DNA from: Ramlibacter sp.
GTDB lineage: Bacteria > Pseudomonadota > Gammaproteobacteria > Burkholderiales > Burkholderiaceae_C
Assembly: GCA_046348225.1 (NCBI GenBank)
Contig: JAXMEQ010000004.1
Location: 234,081 to 298,080 of the forward strand
Direction: 5' to 3'
DNA length: 64,000 nucleotides
A program made the position numbers and the translations under genes. Positions 27,246 through 36,470 of the stretch are shown here, in pieces. The notes under the pieces were generated by a model. The model was not told the origin of the DNA. It saw only the letters and a program-made list of their open reading frames with translations, and searched no databases. The stretch's first letter is position 1. Every line of letters begins with the position of its first letter.

Positions 27246-27431
27246 ATGTTTGTCTTTGCGCCGTTGGGGCTGATCGGCAACCTCCGGCGTCAGCTGGTGG
27301 CGGCACTGGATGCGTGGTCATACCGCGTGGCCATGGCCCGGGCCGCGCGGCGCCTGCGGCGGGAAGCCGCCCGCAAGGCCGCGGCCACCCCCGTCAGCAC
27401 ACCGCGCTGGCCGTCGAGCTGGGGCGACTGA
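27246..27431 (+). CDS. small hypothetical protein (61 aa)
   Basis: ATG 27246 (MFVFAPLGLIGNLRRQLVAALDAWSYRVAMARAARR...). Sits between the upstream ORF and a strong terminator. Weak support only. Confidence 0.35.
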   Translation: MFVFAPLGLIGNLRRQLVAALDAWSYRVAMARAARRLRREAARKAAATPVSTPRWPSSWGD

Positions 27432-27448
27432 GGCGCCGAGCGCCCATG

Positions 27449-27478
27449 AAAAAAGCCACCGCATGCGGTGGCTTTTTT
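27449..27478. terminator. bidirectional intrinsic terminator
   Basis: A6-GCCACCGCATGCGGTGGC-T6, between the convergent small ORF and pckG. Confidence 0.85.
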
Positions 27479-27499
27479 CATGGCGGGGCCGGAAGCGCT

Positions 27500-29350
27500 T
27501 CAGGCCGCCAGGCGCTGCTCGATCTTCGCCTTGGTGGCCGTCAGCTCGGCCGGCAGGTGGTAGGCCAGTTGCTGGAACAGCTCGGCATGCAGCTCCAGCT
27601 CTTTCTGCCAGGCCGCCTTGTCGATGCTGGTCACGGTCTTGAACTGTTCGGCCGTGAAGTCCAGGCCCGTCCAGTTGAGTTCTTCATAAGCGGGGCTCAC
27701 GCCGAACACATGCTCGTTGCCGCTGGCCTTGCCTTCGATGCGGTCGATCATCCACTTCAGCACGCGCATGTTTTCGCCGTAGCCGGGCCAGACGAACTTG
27801 CCGTCTTCGCCCTTGCGGAACCAGTTGGTGGTGTAGATGCGCGGCAGCGTGGCGCCCGAGGCTTCGAGCTTCTTGCCCAGGTCCAGCCAGTGCTGGAAGT
27901 AGTCGCTCATGTTGTAGCCCATGAACGGCAGCATGGCGAACGGGTCGCGGCGCACCACGCCGGCCTGTCCGGTGGCGGCAGCGGTGGTTTCCGAGCCCAT
28001 GGTCGCGGCCATGTAGACGCCTTCGGTCCAGTTGCGGGCTTCCGTGACCAGCGGCACGGTGGTGGAGCGGCGGCCGCCGAAGATGAAGGCGTCAATCTTC
28101 ACGCCCTTGGGGTCGTCCCAGGCGCTGTCCAGCGCCGGGTTGTTGATGGCCGACACGGTAAAGCGCGCATTCGGGTGGGCCGCCTTGGCGCCGGTCTCCT
28201 TGGCGATGGCAGGCGTCCATTCCTTGCCCTGCCAGTCGATGGCGTGGGCGGGGGCGTCGCCCATGCCCTCCCACCACACGTCGCCGTCGTCGGTGAGCGC
28301 CACGTTGGTGAAGATCACGTTCTTGTCCAGGCTGGCCATGCAGTTCGGGTTGGTCAGCGTGTTGGTGCCGGGGGCCACGCCGAAGTAACCGGCCTCGGGG
28401 TTGATGGCGCGCAGCGTGCCGTCGGCCTGCGGCTTGATCCACGCAATGTCGTCGCCAATGGTGGTGACTTTCCAGCCGTCAAAGCCCTTGGGCGGGATCA
28501 GCATGGCGAAGTTGGTCTTGCCGCAGGCGCTGGGGAAGGCTGCGGCCACGTGGTACTTCTTGCCCTCGGGCGAGGTCACGCCCAGGATCAGCATGTGCTC
28601 GGCCAGCCAGCCTTCGTCGCGGCCCATGGTGGAGGCAATGCGCAGCGCGAAGCACTTCTTGCCCAGCAGCGCGTTGCCGCCGTAGCCCGAGCCGTAGCTC
28701 CAGATCTCGCGCGTCTCGGGGTAGTGGACGATGTACTTGGTCTTGTTGCAGGGCCACTTCACGTCGGCCTGGCCCGGCTGCAGCGGCGCGCCCACGGTGT
28801 GCACGCAGGGCACAAACTCGCCGTCCACGCCCAGCACGTCGTACACGGCCTTGCCCATGCGCGTCATGATCTTCATGTTGACGGCCACATAGGGGCTGTC
28901 GGACAGCTCGATGCCGATGTGCGCGATCGGCGAGCCCAGCGGGCCCATGGAAAACGGCACCACATACAGGGTGCGGCCCTTCATGCAGCCGTCAAACAGC
29001 GGCTGCAGCGTAGCGCGCATTTCGGCCGGGGCCATCCAGTTGTTGGTGGGGCCGGCGTCTTCCTTCTTTTCAGAGCAGATGTAGGTGCGGTCTTCCACGC
29101 GGGCCACGTCGGTCGGGTCCGAGCAGGCCAGGAACGAGTTGGGGCGCTTGACCGGGTCCAGCTTCCGGAAGGTGCCGGCGTCCACCAGCTGCTGGCACAG
29201 GCGGGCGTATTCCTCTTCGCTGCCGTCGCACCAGTAGATGCTGTCGGGCTTGCACAGCGCCGCCATGTCGGCCACCCAGGCGATGAGTTTCGCGTTCTTC
29301 ACATACGCCGGTGCGTTGAGGTTCAAGCCCTGCATCACGGGAGAGTTCAT
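27500..29350 (-). CDS. pckG: phosphoenolpyruvate carboxykinase (GTP)
   Basis: 616 aa. GTP-PEPCK motifs including FPSACGKTN. Start at ATG 29350, preceded by AGGAG. Confidence 0.9.
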   Translation of the reverse strand: MNSPVMQGLNLNAPAYVKNAKLIAWVADMAALCKPDSIYWCDGSEEEYARLCQQLVDAGTFRKLDPVKRPNSFLACSDPTDVARVEDRTYICSEKKEDAGPTNNWMAPAEMRATLQPLFDGCMKGRTLYVVPFSMGPLGSPIAHIGIELSDSPYVAVNMKIMTRMGKAVYDVLGVDGEFVPCVHTVGAPLQPGQADVKWPCNKTKYIVHYPETREIWSYGSGYGGNALLGKKCFALRIASTMGRDEGWLAEHMLILGVTSPEGKKYHVAAAFPSACGKTNFAMLIPPKGFDGWKVTTIGDDIAWIKPQADGTLRAINPEAGYFGVAPGTNTLTNPNCMASLDKNVIFTNVALTDDGDVWWEGMGDAPAHAIDWQGKEWTPAIAKETGAKAAHPNARFTVSAINNPALDSAWDDPKGVKIDAFIFGGRRSTTVPLVTEARNWTEGVYMAATMGSETTAAATGQAGVVRRDPFAMLPFMGYNMSDYFQHWLDLGKKLEASGATLPRIYTTNWFRKGEDGKFVWPGYGENMRVLKWMIDRIEGKASGNEHVFGVSPAYEELNWTGLDFTAEQFKTVTSIDKAAWQKELELHAELFQQLAYHLPAELTATKAKIEQRLAA

Positions 29351-29633
29351 CCAATAGCTCCTGAAGTTAAAACCTGATTTCAGAAAGCGCCTGGGGCGGG
29401 CTTGCCGCAAACACGCGCCTTTTGAAATCGGGCCTTGGGGGCAGTCGGCGGGGCGGTGTTGCGGGGTGGGCAACGGCTGGGCGTGAAGGATGGTTCACAG
29501 TCCACCGGGTCGGCTGGGATGTCAATTTTATGAAACCACCCGGTCACCTGCCTGCCGACCAGGGCTTTCTCCATGCAAAACTTGCATGAGGTTATGCATC
29601 GGACTCTGCGCCACCCCGGTTTGGCGCGGGCAT

Positions 29634-29666
29634 AAAAAAACACCCGCATGGGCGGCCATGCGGGTG
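29634..29666 (-). terminator. intrinsic terminator downstream of the 46-aa ORF
   Basis: The minus strand reads CACCCGCATG-GCCGCC-CATGCGGGTG followed by T7. Confidence 0.8.
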
Positions 29667-29712
29667 TTGGGCAGGGGGTCGGGGCGGCGCAAGCCGCCCG
29701 GGCTGTGCGGCC

Positions 29713-29853
29713 TCAGGCCATGGAGATGGCAATAAAGGCCAGCAGGAACATCAGCACGCCGCCCACCACGGGCAGCACGATGGGCATGGACGGCACGATG
29801 GCCTCCACAGCGTCGGCGGGCTCTTGCTTGGTTTCGGTGGTGTGGCTGGACAT
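29713..29853 (-). CDS. small membrane protein (46 aa), not in the ORF track
   Basis: MSSHTTETKQEPADAVEAIVPSMPIVLPVVGGVLMFLLAFIAISMA. GAGG sits 9 nt upstream of the ATG. One C-terminal TM helix and its own terminator. Confidence 0.55.
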   Translation of the reverse strand: MSSHTTETKQEPADAVEAIVPSMPIVLPVVGGVLMFLLAFIAISMA

Positions 29854-29913
29854 AAAGACCTCAATCAATCAAATGGATTGCCGCGATTTTACCCGCCCCG
29901 GCGCCCCGCGCCG

Positions 29914-30318
29914 CTACAGCAGGGCATAGGTAGTGGTGGCGCGGCAGGCACTTTTGCCGTCACTGGCGCCGCGGATGTCAATCTCGCCAAACGCCAGCGA
30001 CTTGCCCGCACGCACCACCCGGGCCTGCACCAGCGCGTCTTGCCCCGACAGCGGCTTCAGGAAGCTGGTGTTCATCTGCACCGTGGTGCAGGGGCGGAAT
30101 TCGCCAAACTGGTTGATCAGCGCCAGCACCATGGCCGTGTCGGCCGCCGCCATCATGGCTTGGCCACACAGCATGCCACCCACGCGGCTGAGCTGGTCGT
30201 TCTGCGGCAGCCGCAGTGTCACGCTGTCGGCATCAAACGCCTCCACGCGCAGGCCCAGGGCCTGCACCCAGGGTGCAAAGTACTCGGCCAGCGCGGCCTG
30301 CAAGGTGTCAGCGGTCAC
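29914..30318 (-). CDS. PaaI-family hotdog-fold thioesterase
   Basis: 134 aa. The LCGQAMMAAADTAMV...GKSLAFGEIDI pattern is typical of PaaI/YdiI thioesterases. 4-nt overlap with the upstream gene. Confidence 0.7.
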   Translation of the reverse strand: MTADTLQAALAEYFAPWVQALGLRVEAFDADSVTLRLPQNDQLSRVGGMLCGQAMMAAADTAMVLALINQFGEFRPCTTVQMNTSFLKPLSGQDALVQARVVRAGKSLAFGEIDIRGASDGKSACRATTTYALL

Positions 30319-31517
30319 TTCTGTTCCTCGGCTTCAAACCCGGCATTTTGCAGCGCCGCCAGCACCGCGGCGATGTGCTCCCGCCCCCGCGTCTGGATGA
30401 CGAGCTCGATCTCCACGTTCTGCGCCGTGAGCGTGGTGAAGGCGCGCTGGTGGTGCACCTCGTCGATGTTGGCGCCCGCTTCGCCCACCACCGCGGTGAT
30501 GCGGGCGAGCGAGCCCGGCACGTCGCGCGCGCTCACGCGCACCCGCGCCAGCCGGCCGGCGCGCACCATGCCGCGCTCGATGATGGCGGCCAGCAGCAGG
30601 GGGTCAATATTGCCGCCGCACAGCACCAGGCCCACCCGCTTGCCGGCAAAGCGCCCGGGGTACTTGAGCAGCGCCGCCAGCCCGGCCGCGCCCGCGCCCT
30701 CCACCAGCGTCTTTTCAATCTCCAGCAGCATCAGCACGGCCTGCTCGATGTCGCCCTCGTCGACCAGCAGCAGGTCGTCCACCCGCTTTTCAATGATGGC
30801 CTGCGGCACCCGCCCCGGCGTGCCCACGGCAATGCCCTCGGCAATGGTGCTGCTGCCCTGCGGGTGCTGGGTGTGCTTGATGGCGTTGTACATGCCGGGG
30901 AAGCGCAGCGTCTGCACGCCCACGACCTCGATGCCCGGGCGCAGCGCCTTGGCGGCCGTGGCAATGCCGGCAATCAGCCCGCCGCCGCCCACGGCAATGA
31001 CCAGCGCGTCCAGGTCGGGCACGGCCTGCAGCATCTCCAGCCCCACCGTGCCCTGGCCGGCGACGATGGCCTCGTCGTCATACGGGTGCACAAAGGTCAG
31101 GCCCTGCGCTGCGGCCAGCGCCAGTGCGTGGCTGCGCGCCTCGTCCAGCGTGTCGCCGTGCAGCACCACCTCGGCACCAAAGCCGCGCGTGCGCTCCACC
31201 TTCACGCCGGGGGTGAAGCGCGGCATCACGATCACCGCGCGCAGGCCCAGGCGCTGCGCGTGGTAAGCCACGCCCTGGGCGTGGTTGCCGGCGCTCATGG
31301 CAATCACGCCCCGGCGCTTCTCGTCGTCATTCAGCTGCGCCAGCTTGTTGCAGGCACCGCGCTCCTTGAATGACGCGGTGAACTGCAGGTTCTCGAACTT
31401 CAGGAACACCTGCGCACCCGCGATGTCGGACAGCGTGCGTGACTCCACACACGGTGTGTCCAGCAAATGCCCCTTCAGGCGGGCGGCGGCGTCGCGAATG
31501 TCTTGCAGTTCCAGCAT
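30315..31517 (-). CDS. threonine ammonia-lyase (threonine dehydratase, short form with one ACT-like domain)
   Basis: PLP-lysine motif FTASFKERGACNK and the glycine loop GGGGLIAG. Start set at ATG 31517 (MLELQDI...). Confidence 0.85.
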   Translation of the reverse strand: MLELQDIRDAAARLKGHLLDTPCVESRTLSDIAGAQVFLKFENLQFTASFKERGACNKLAQLNDDEKRRGVIAMSAGNHAQGVAYHAQRLGLRAVIVMPRFTPGVKVERTRGFGAEVVLHGDTLDEARSHALALAAAQGLTFVHPYDDEAIVAGQGTVGLEMLQAVPDLDALVIAVGGGGLIAGIATAAKALRPGIEVVGVQTLRFPGMYNAIKHTQHPQGSSTIAEGIAVGTPGRVPQAIIEKRVDDLLLVDEGDIEQAVLMLLEIEKTLVEGAGAAGLAALLKYPGRFAGKRVGLVLCGGNIDPLLLAAIIERGMVRAGRLARVRVSARDVPGSLARITAVVGEAGANIDEVHHQRAFTTLTAQNVEIELVIQTRGREHIAAVLAALQNAGFEAEEQK

Positions 31518-31640
31518 GGGCCGGATTGTCGGGGTTAATACCCGCACAAAGTGGCGGTTTTCCCACAATCAGCGTCTTCCATGTTGCTTCAGTCTGCGTT
31601 ATTGTGGAATTGGCATGCGTCGTGTGCTGGAGGCTTTTCG

Positions 31641-33941
31641 ATGGTCAAGCGTTCGGTGGATCCGCAGGTTCTTCCCTCTCCCGGGCTCAAGGATGCGCCG
31701 GTGCTGGACCTCATGTGCTCGCACTTTGTGCTCACGCTGGCGGCCAAGCAGGGCGGCAAGTTCAATGTGCGGCGCGACCTGAACGGCCTGCTCTCACTGG
31801 CGGGCCGCCACCTGGCCTGGCCTGCCCCCGCGCTGCAGCGCCTGCGCGAGTTTCTGGCCCGCCGCTGCAAGGACAACGATTTCTGGCGCGGCCACGAACA
31901 GCTGGGCACGCGCGAATTTCTGGAGCGGCACGGCGTGTGGCGCGGCCCTTATGAAGAAGGCACGCTGTTCTTCTACCTGGACGAGTACGCCAAAGACGCG
32001 CCCAAAGACCTGCTCTCGGTGCTCACCGCCACCGGCGAATGGCTGACCAACGCGCTCAAGAAGCACAGCACGCTGGTGGAAAAGAACATCGACGCCCTCT
32101 CGGGCCTGCTGCAGCTGAACAAGGCCGAGCGCGCGCTGCTGCTCTACGGCACGCTGGCGCGCTATCAGCGGGACTTGCGCAGCATATTGGTGGAGTTCAA
32201 GGTCAACAACGCGCCCGAGGCCTACGCCGCCATTGCCGACATTGCCGGCGTGAGCGCCACCGACGTGGGCGAGGCCCTGCGCGCCGGCTCGCGGCTGGAG
32301 CGCATTGGCCTGGTGGAAAACCTCATTTCCGAACACAACATCACCGACCTGGCCGACCTGATGAAGGTGAGCGAAAAGCTCCCGCCCGTGCTGATGCGCG
32401 AGTACCGCGACCAGAACGAGCTGATGGCCGTGTTCACCCGCCCGTCGGCCAAGAGCACGCTGGGGCTGGACGACTTCAGCTTTGTGGGGGACGACGCGCA
32501 GGTGCTGTGCGCCCTGCTGCGCAACGCGGTGGAGCGCAAGGAGCCGGGTGTGAACGTGCTGCTGTATGGCCCGCCCGGCACCGGCAAGACCGAGCTGGCC
32601 AAGGTGGTGGCCCAGGCCGCCGGGCTGGAGCTGTTTGAAGTGGAATACGCCGACCGGGATGGCAACTCCTTGAGCGGGCGCGACCGCTACCGGTCACTAC
32701 AAATTGCGCAGGTGTTCCTGAAAGGCAGCGCCCAGGCCGCGCTGCTGTTTGACGAGGTGGAAGACGTGTTCCCGCCCATCAGCTCTGAGGCCGCGCAACT
32801 CATGGCGCGGGCCGAGCAGGTGGTGGCGCCGGGCAGCGGCAGCGTGAGCGGCAAGGCCTGGGTCAACCAGATACTGGAGAGCAACGCCGTGCCCACGCTG
32901 TGGGTGACCAACCGCATCGAGCAGATAGACCCGGCCTTTCGCCGGCGCTTTGCCTACCACCTGGAGCTGAAGAGCCCGCCTCCCGGCGCGCGCGAGCAGC
33001 TGGTGCGCAAGACGCTGGAAGGCGTGGCCGTGAGCGACGCGTTTGTGGCCAAGCTGACCGAGCGCAAGGGCCTCACGCCCGCACAGATCCGCACCGCAGT
33101 GCGCTTTGCCGGCCTGGCCCAGGCCGAGGGCGCAACCACAGAAGCATTGATCGAGCGCCAGCTGCGCAATGCCGACCAGGCGCTGGGCAACCGCAGCCAG
33201 GGCGCCGGCGAGCGCCGCAGCGTCACCACGTACGACCTGGCGATGCTAAACGTGGAAACCCGCTTTGAGGTACCGCGCATTGTGCAGGCCCTGAAGGCGC
33301 GCGGCCACGGCACGCTGTGCTTTTACGGCGCGCCCGGCACCGGCAAAACGGCGCTGGCCGAGCACATTGCACGCGCGCTGGAGCGGCCGCTCATCATCAA
33401 GCAGGCCAGTGACCTGATGAGCAAGTTTGTGGGCGAGACCGAGCAGAACATGGCCGCCATGTTCCGTGAGGCCGAGAGTGAAAAGGCCGTGCTGCTGCTG
33501 GACGAGGCTGACAGCTTTTTACAAGACCGCCGCGGCGCCCAGCGCACCTACGAGGTGACGGAAGTCAATGAAATGCTGCAGGGCATGGAGCGCTTCAACG
33601 GCATCTTTGTGTGCACCACCAACCTGCTGGACCGCATCGACCAGGCGGCGCTACGCCGGTTTACCTTCAAGATCAAGTTCATGCCGCTGACCACGCCGCA
33701 GCGTGAAAAGATGTTCATCACCGAAGCCCTGGCCGGCGATGCTGCGCTGATGACGCCCGAGCTGCGCGAGCGCCTGGCCCGCCTGCAACAGCTGTGCCCA
33801 GGCGACTTTGCGGCCGTGAAGCGGCAAGTGGACATCCTGGCCACCGAGTTCAGCGCGGCAGAGTTTCTGGAGCAGCTGGAAGCCGAGCACCGCATCAAGC
33901 CGGAGGTGCGGGAGATGCGGAATATTGGCTTCGTTCAATAG
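31641..33941 (+). CDS. two-domain (type II) classical-clade AAA+ ATPase with about 300-aa unknown N-domain
   Basis: D1 has GPPGTGKT / LLFDEVED / TNRIEQIDPAFRRRF. D2 has GAPGTGKT / LLLDEADS / TNLLDRIDQAALRRF. Start at ATG 31641 after GGAGG. Confidence 0.8.
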   Translation: MVKRSVDPQVLPSPGLKDAPVLDLMCSHFVLTLAAKQGGKFNVRRDLNGLLSLAGRHLAWPAPALQRLREFLARRCKDNDFWRGHEQLGTREFLERHGVWRGPYEEGTLFFYLDEYAKDAPKDLLSVLTATGEWLTNALKKHSTLVEKNIDALSGLLQLNKAERALLLYGTLARYQRDLRSILVEFKVNNAPEAYAAIADIAGVSATDVGEALRAGSRLERIGLVENLISEHNITDLADLMKVSEKLPPVLMREYRDQNELMAVFTRPSAKSTLGLDDFSFVGDDAQVLCALLRNAVERKEPGVNVLLYGPPGTGKTELAKVVAQAAGLELFEVEYADRDGNSLSGRDRYRSLQIAQVFLKGSAQAALLFDEVEDVFPPISSEAAQLMARAEQVVAPGSGSVSGKAWVNQILESNAVPTLWVTNRIEQIDPAFRRRFAYHLELKSPPPGAREQLVRKTLEGVAVSDAFVAKLTERKGLTPAQIRTAVRFAGLAQAEGATTEALIERQLRNADQALGNRSQGAGERRSVTTYDLAMLNVETRFEVPRIVQALKARGHGTLCFYGAPGTGKTALAEHIARALERPLIIKQASDLMSKFVGETEQNMAAMFREAESEKAVLLLDEADSFLQDRRGAQRTYEVTEVNEMLQGMERFNGIFVCTTNLLDRIDQAALRRFTFKIKFMPLTTPQREKMFITEALAGDAALMTPELRERLARLQQLCPGDFAAVKRQVDILATEFSAAEFLEQLEAEHRIKPEVREMRNIGFVQ

Positions 33942-33943
33942 GC

Positions 33944-33997
33944 GAGTTGGGCTGTAGCCCGCGTGGATTCTGCGCGAGGCGCTATAAAGTTAATAGC
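33944..33997 (+). repeat. REP-like element, copy C
   Basis: GAGTTGGGCTGTAGCCCGCGTGGATTCTGCGCGAGGCGCTATAAAGTTAATAGC, between convergent stops. Confidence 0.85.
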
Positions 33998-34058
33998 AAA
34001 TGCGTTGCGCCAATCCGATACTCGTTTGAATAGCGGGCCTTGATCCCGCCTGCCGTCG

Positions 34059-34727
34059 TCAGGACACCAGCTCCAGATACTCCTGTCGCGTCTGCGGCAA
34101 CACGCCGCCTACCAGTTGCTCGTAAGACGTTTGATGGCGGGCCAGCATGCGGGCCGATGCCACGGCCTTCGACCGGCAATACCAGTGGCAGGTGTGCTGC
34201 ATCAGCAGCATCTCGGCCAGGATGGCGAAGGCGCGGTCTTTCGGTGCGCCCCCCTGTTCTTCAACGGCACGGCTGATGCCGCGGGCGTGCAGGCGCAGCG
34301 CCTCGCGCATGTCGAAGGACTTGTCGAACGCGGGCGAGCGGGGCAGCCAGACCGGGAACTTGCTCACGCGCGTGGCCGTCGGCTCCACGCCCGCGAAGTC
34401 CTCCGCGAGCTGGCGGACCTGCCGGCACAGGGCGTCCTCAGTCCCGCGCAGCGCGGCCCAGGCCTGCGCGCTGCGGGCGGGGTCCGATTCGTCCAGCGCG
34501 CGCGAGTAGCCCTGCGAGAGCGCTTCGATGTTCGCTTCAATGTTGTGGCCAGACAGGTAGCGCGCCAGGATGGCGATGCGCCGTTGTTGGTGCCGGGCCC
34601 TGGCGACCCACAAGACGACCAACGCAACGGGCAGGAGAAGAAGGAAATCCACCGGCCCGATGGTACAGGCCACGACGGGATCATCTACAGAATCAAGACC
34701 CGGCCGCCGCTTGTTGGCCACGCCCAC
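34059..34727 (-). CDS. hypothetical protein with N-terminal membrane anchor
   Basis: 222-aa ORF with no family recognised. Its start would be only 8 bp from the divergent gene start. An internal GTG at 34652 (VDFLLLLPVALVV...) is an alternative. Confidence 0.5.
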   Translation of the reverse strand: MGVANKRRPGLDSVDDPVVACTIGPVDFLLLLPVALVVLWVARARHQQRRIAILARYLSGHNIEANIEALSQGYSRALDESDPARSAQAWAALRGTEDALCRQVRQLAEDFAGVEPTATRVSKFPVWLPRSPAFDKSFDMREALRLHARGISRAVEEQGGAPKDRAFAILAEMLLMQHTCHWYCRSKAVASARMLARHQTSYEQLVGGVLPQTRQEYLELVS

Positions 34728-34735
34728 CTTTCATC

Positions 34736-35218
34736 ATGGATAAATTCTTGCAGCAGCAGCAGGTGCTGGATCGGCTCGCCGAAGACCTGCTGCAAGCCGA
34801 ACAGGCAGCGCAGGCGGCCCATGAAACGGCGACCCACGAAGAAAACATCGCCGAAAACAAGTACGACACATTGGGCCTCGAAGCGGCCTACCTGGCCACC
34901 GGCCAGGTTCGGCGCGCCGAAGCCGTCCGTCAGGCCCTGGCCCATTGGCGCCATTTCCGCCCGCCGCCCTACGACGCCAGCAAAGGTATCCAGCTCGGCG
35001 CGCTGGTCTGCCTGGTTGGTTCCGATGGCAGGGAGCAACACCTCTTTCTCGGCCCGGATGGCGGCAGCATGAAGCTGGTCAGCGGCGCTCAGCCCGTTCA
35101 GGTCATCAGCAGCGAAGCCCCGTTGGGCAGGGCCATGCTCGGCAAATGCGAGGGTGATGAGGTGTCCATCCACGTCGCTCCAATCCAGCAGCGGTTTGAG
35201 GTGCTGCGGGTTGATTGA
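34736..35218 (+). CDS. GreA/GreB-family elongation-factor-like protein
   Basis: N-terminal coiled-coil-like region (ENIAENKYDTLGLEAAYLA) and a C-terminal Gre-type FKBP-like domain (PLGRAMLGKCEGDEVSI). Confidence 0.65.
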   Translation: MDKFLQQQQVLDRLAEDLLQAEQAAQAAHETATHEENIAENKYDTLGLEAAYLATGQVRRAEAVRQALAHWRHFRPPPYDASKGIQLGALVCLVGSDGREQHLFLGPDGGSMKLVSGAQPVQVISSEAPLGRAMLGKCEGDEVSIHVAPIQQRFEVLRVD

Positions 35219-35328
35219 AAGGCGGCTTCTGGCGCTTTTGCATTGCTTCTACCCCTTTGGCGCCAGCACCTTCTGAAGAGCTCTTGTGAGGTGAGCCCCT
35301 ATCATCTTGGCTTCTTTCAGGAGTCGGC

Positions 35329-35940
35329 ATGGAACTGCACACTTGGCTCGTCTACCTCACAGCGTGCGTTGCGCTGTCCATCTCTCCGGGCCCTAACGGC
35401 CTGCTCGCGCTGACGCACGGAGCCATGTACGGGCAACGCCTGACGCTGTTCACCATTGCGGGCGGCGCCGCCGGCTTCGTGCTGCTGATCGCCCTGTCGA
35501 TGTTCGGCATCGGCGCCCTCCTGCAGGCGTCCCTGGTCTGGCTGACGGTGCTCAAGGTCGTGGGTGGCGTCTACCTGGTGTGGTTGGGCATCCAGCTATG
35601 GCGGTCGCCGCCGCTGGGGGAGTCCATGGTCACCACGGCTGGCACGGTGTCGCCCCTGCGGCTGTTTCGGCAAGGCTTCCTGTCGGCTGCGAGCAACCCC
35701 AAGGGCATCCTGTTCTTTGCCGCGTTTCTGCCGCAGTTCATCAACCCCCAGCGCGACCTGTGGCTGCAGTTCCTGGTGATGGCGGGTACCTTCGCAGCCA
35801 CCGAGATCGCCTACGAGCTCACCGTCGCCGCAGCAGCGCACCGGGTCCGGCGCTGGCTCGTGAGCGTGGGGCGGAAGTTCAATCAAGCCTGCGGCGCAGT
35901 GTTCGGCGCCTTGGGCATTGGCCTGGCCCTGCGTGATTGA
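35329..35940 (+). CDS. LysE/RhtB-family amino-acid exporter
   Basis: 203 aa, six hydrophobic segments, N-terminal LSISPGPNGLLAL motif. Confidence 0.8.
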   Translation: MELHTWLVYLTACVALSISPGPNGLLALTHGAMYGQRLTLFTIAGGAAGFVLLIALSMFGIGALLQASLVWLTVLKVVGGVYLVWLGIQLWRSPPLGESMVTTAGTVSPLRLFRQGFLSAASNPKGILFFAAFLPQFINPQRDLWLQFLVMAGTFAATEIAYELTVAAAAHRVRRWLVSVGRKFNQACGAVFGALGIGLALRD

Positions 35941-35984
35941 ACCGACGTCGCTTTTGCCCCCGTGGCGCAGGTTGTCTTCGCGCC

Positions 35985-36038
35985 AAATCGGGCTATAGCC
36001 CGCACGGACACTGCGTAAGCCGCTATCAATTCAATAGC
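35985..36038 (+). repeat. REP-like element, copy D
   Basis: AAATCGGGCTATAGCCCGCACGGACACTGCGTAAGCCGCTATCAATTCAATAGC. Confidence 0.85.
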
Positions 36039-36105
36039 AAATCCCGCAGCACCTCGGCCCGTAAGCCCCCAACGTCTGCGCCGCTGGTGACCACCATCCA
36101 GATCG

Positions 36106-36470
36106 TCACGATGGCAGAGGCCTCTTTCCCGCCAACAAATCGACTTGTGCCGACAGCGCATCCAACAACCAATGTCGCAAGGCCTTCACGCGGACGGTCT
36201 CGCGCAGTTCGGGGTGCGACAACAACCAGAGCTCCGAATCACATGTAGGCAAGGGCTCGCCCATGCGCATGAGGTCAGGCTCGGTGTCCCCCAGAAAGCA
36301 GGGCAACACGGCCAAGCCCAGCCCTCGGGTGCAGGCCGACCGCACCATCAGCAAACCCGAAAAGCGAAGCCTCACCTGCTCCAGCGGCAGCAACTGCGCG
36401 AATGCCGCCGCAGTTCGCGCGGCCGTGCCAGCGTCTGGCGACCGGTATCTGCATTCCGTCGCAAAGGGCA
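36106..36470 (-). pseudogene. 5'-truncated LysR-family regulator remnant (C-terminal about 120 aa only)
   Basis: The translation ...RLRFSGLLMVRSACTRGLGLAVLPCFLGD...ELWLLSHPELRETVRVKALRHWL resembles the C-terminal half of a LysR effector domain. No HTH region is present, and the upstream space is occupied by the opposite-strand hydrolase gene. Confidence 0.5.

Noticed and set aside
27314-29377. 687-aa plus-strand ORF
   Set aside because: It is antisense to GTP-PEPCK, has a low-complexity Gly/Ala/His/Val composition, and spans the strong bidirectional terminator region.
31641-33941. AAA+ ATPase as the core of an anti-phage defence system
   Set aside because: There is no adjacent nuclease, protease, methylase, TIR/SIR2 or other effector-like gene. 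The flanking genes are housekeeping, and no mobile-element hallmarks are present.
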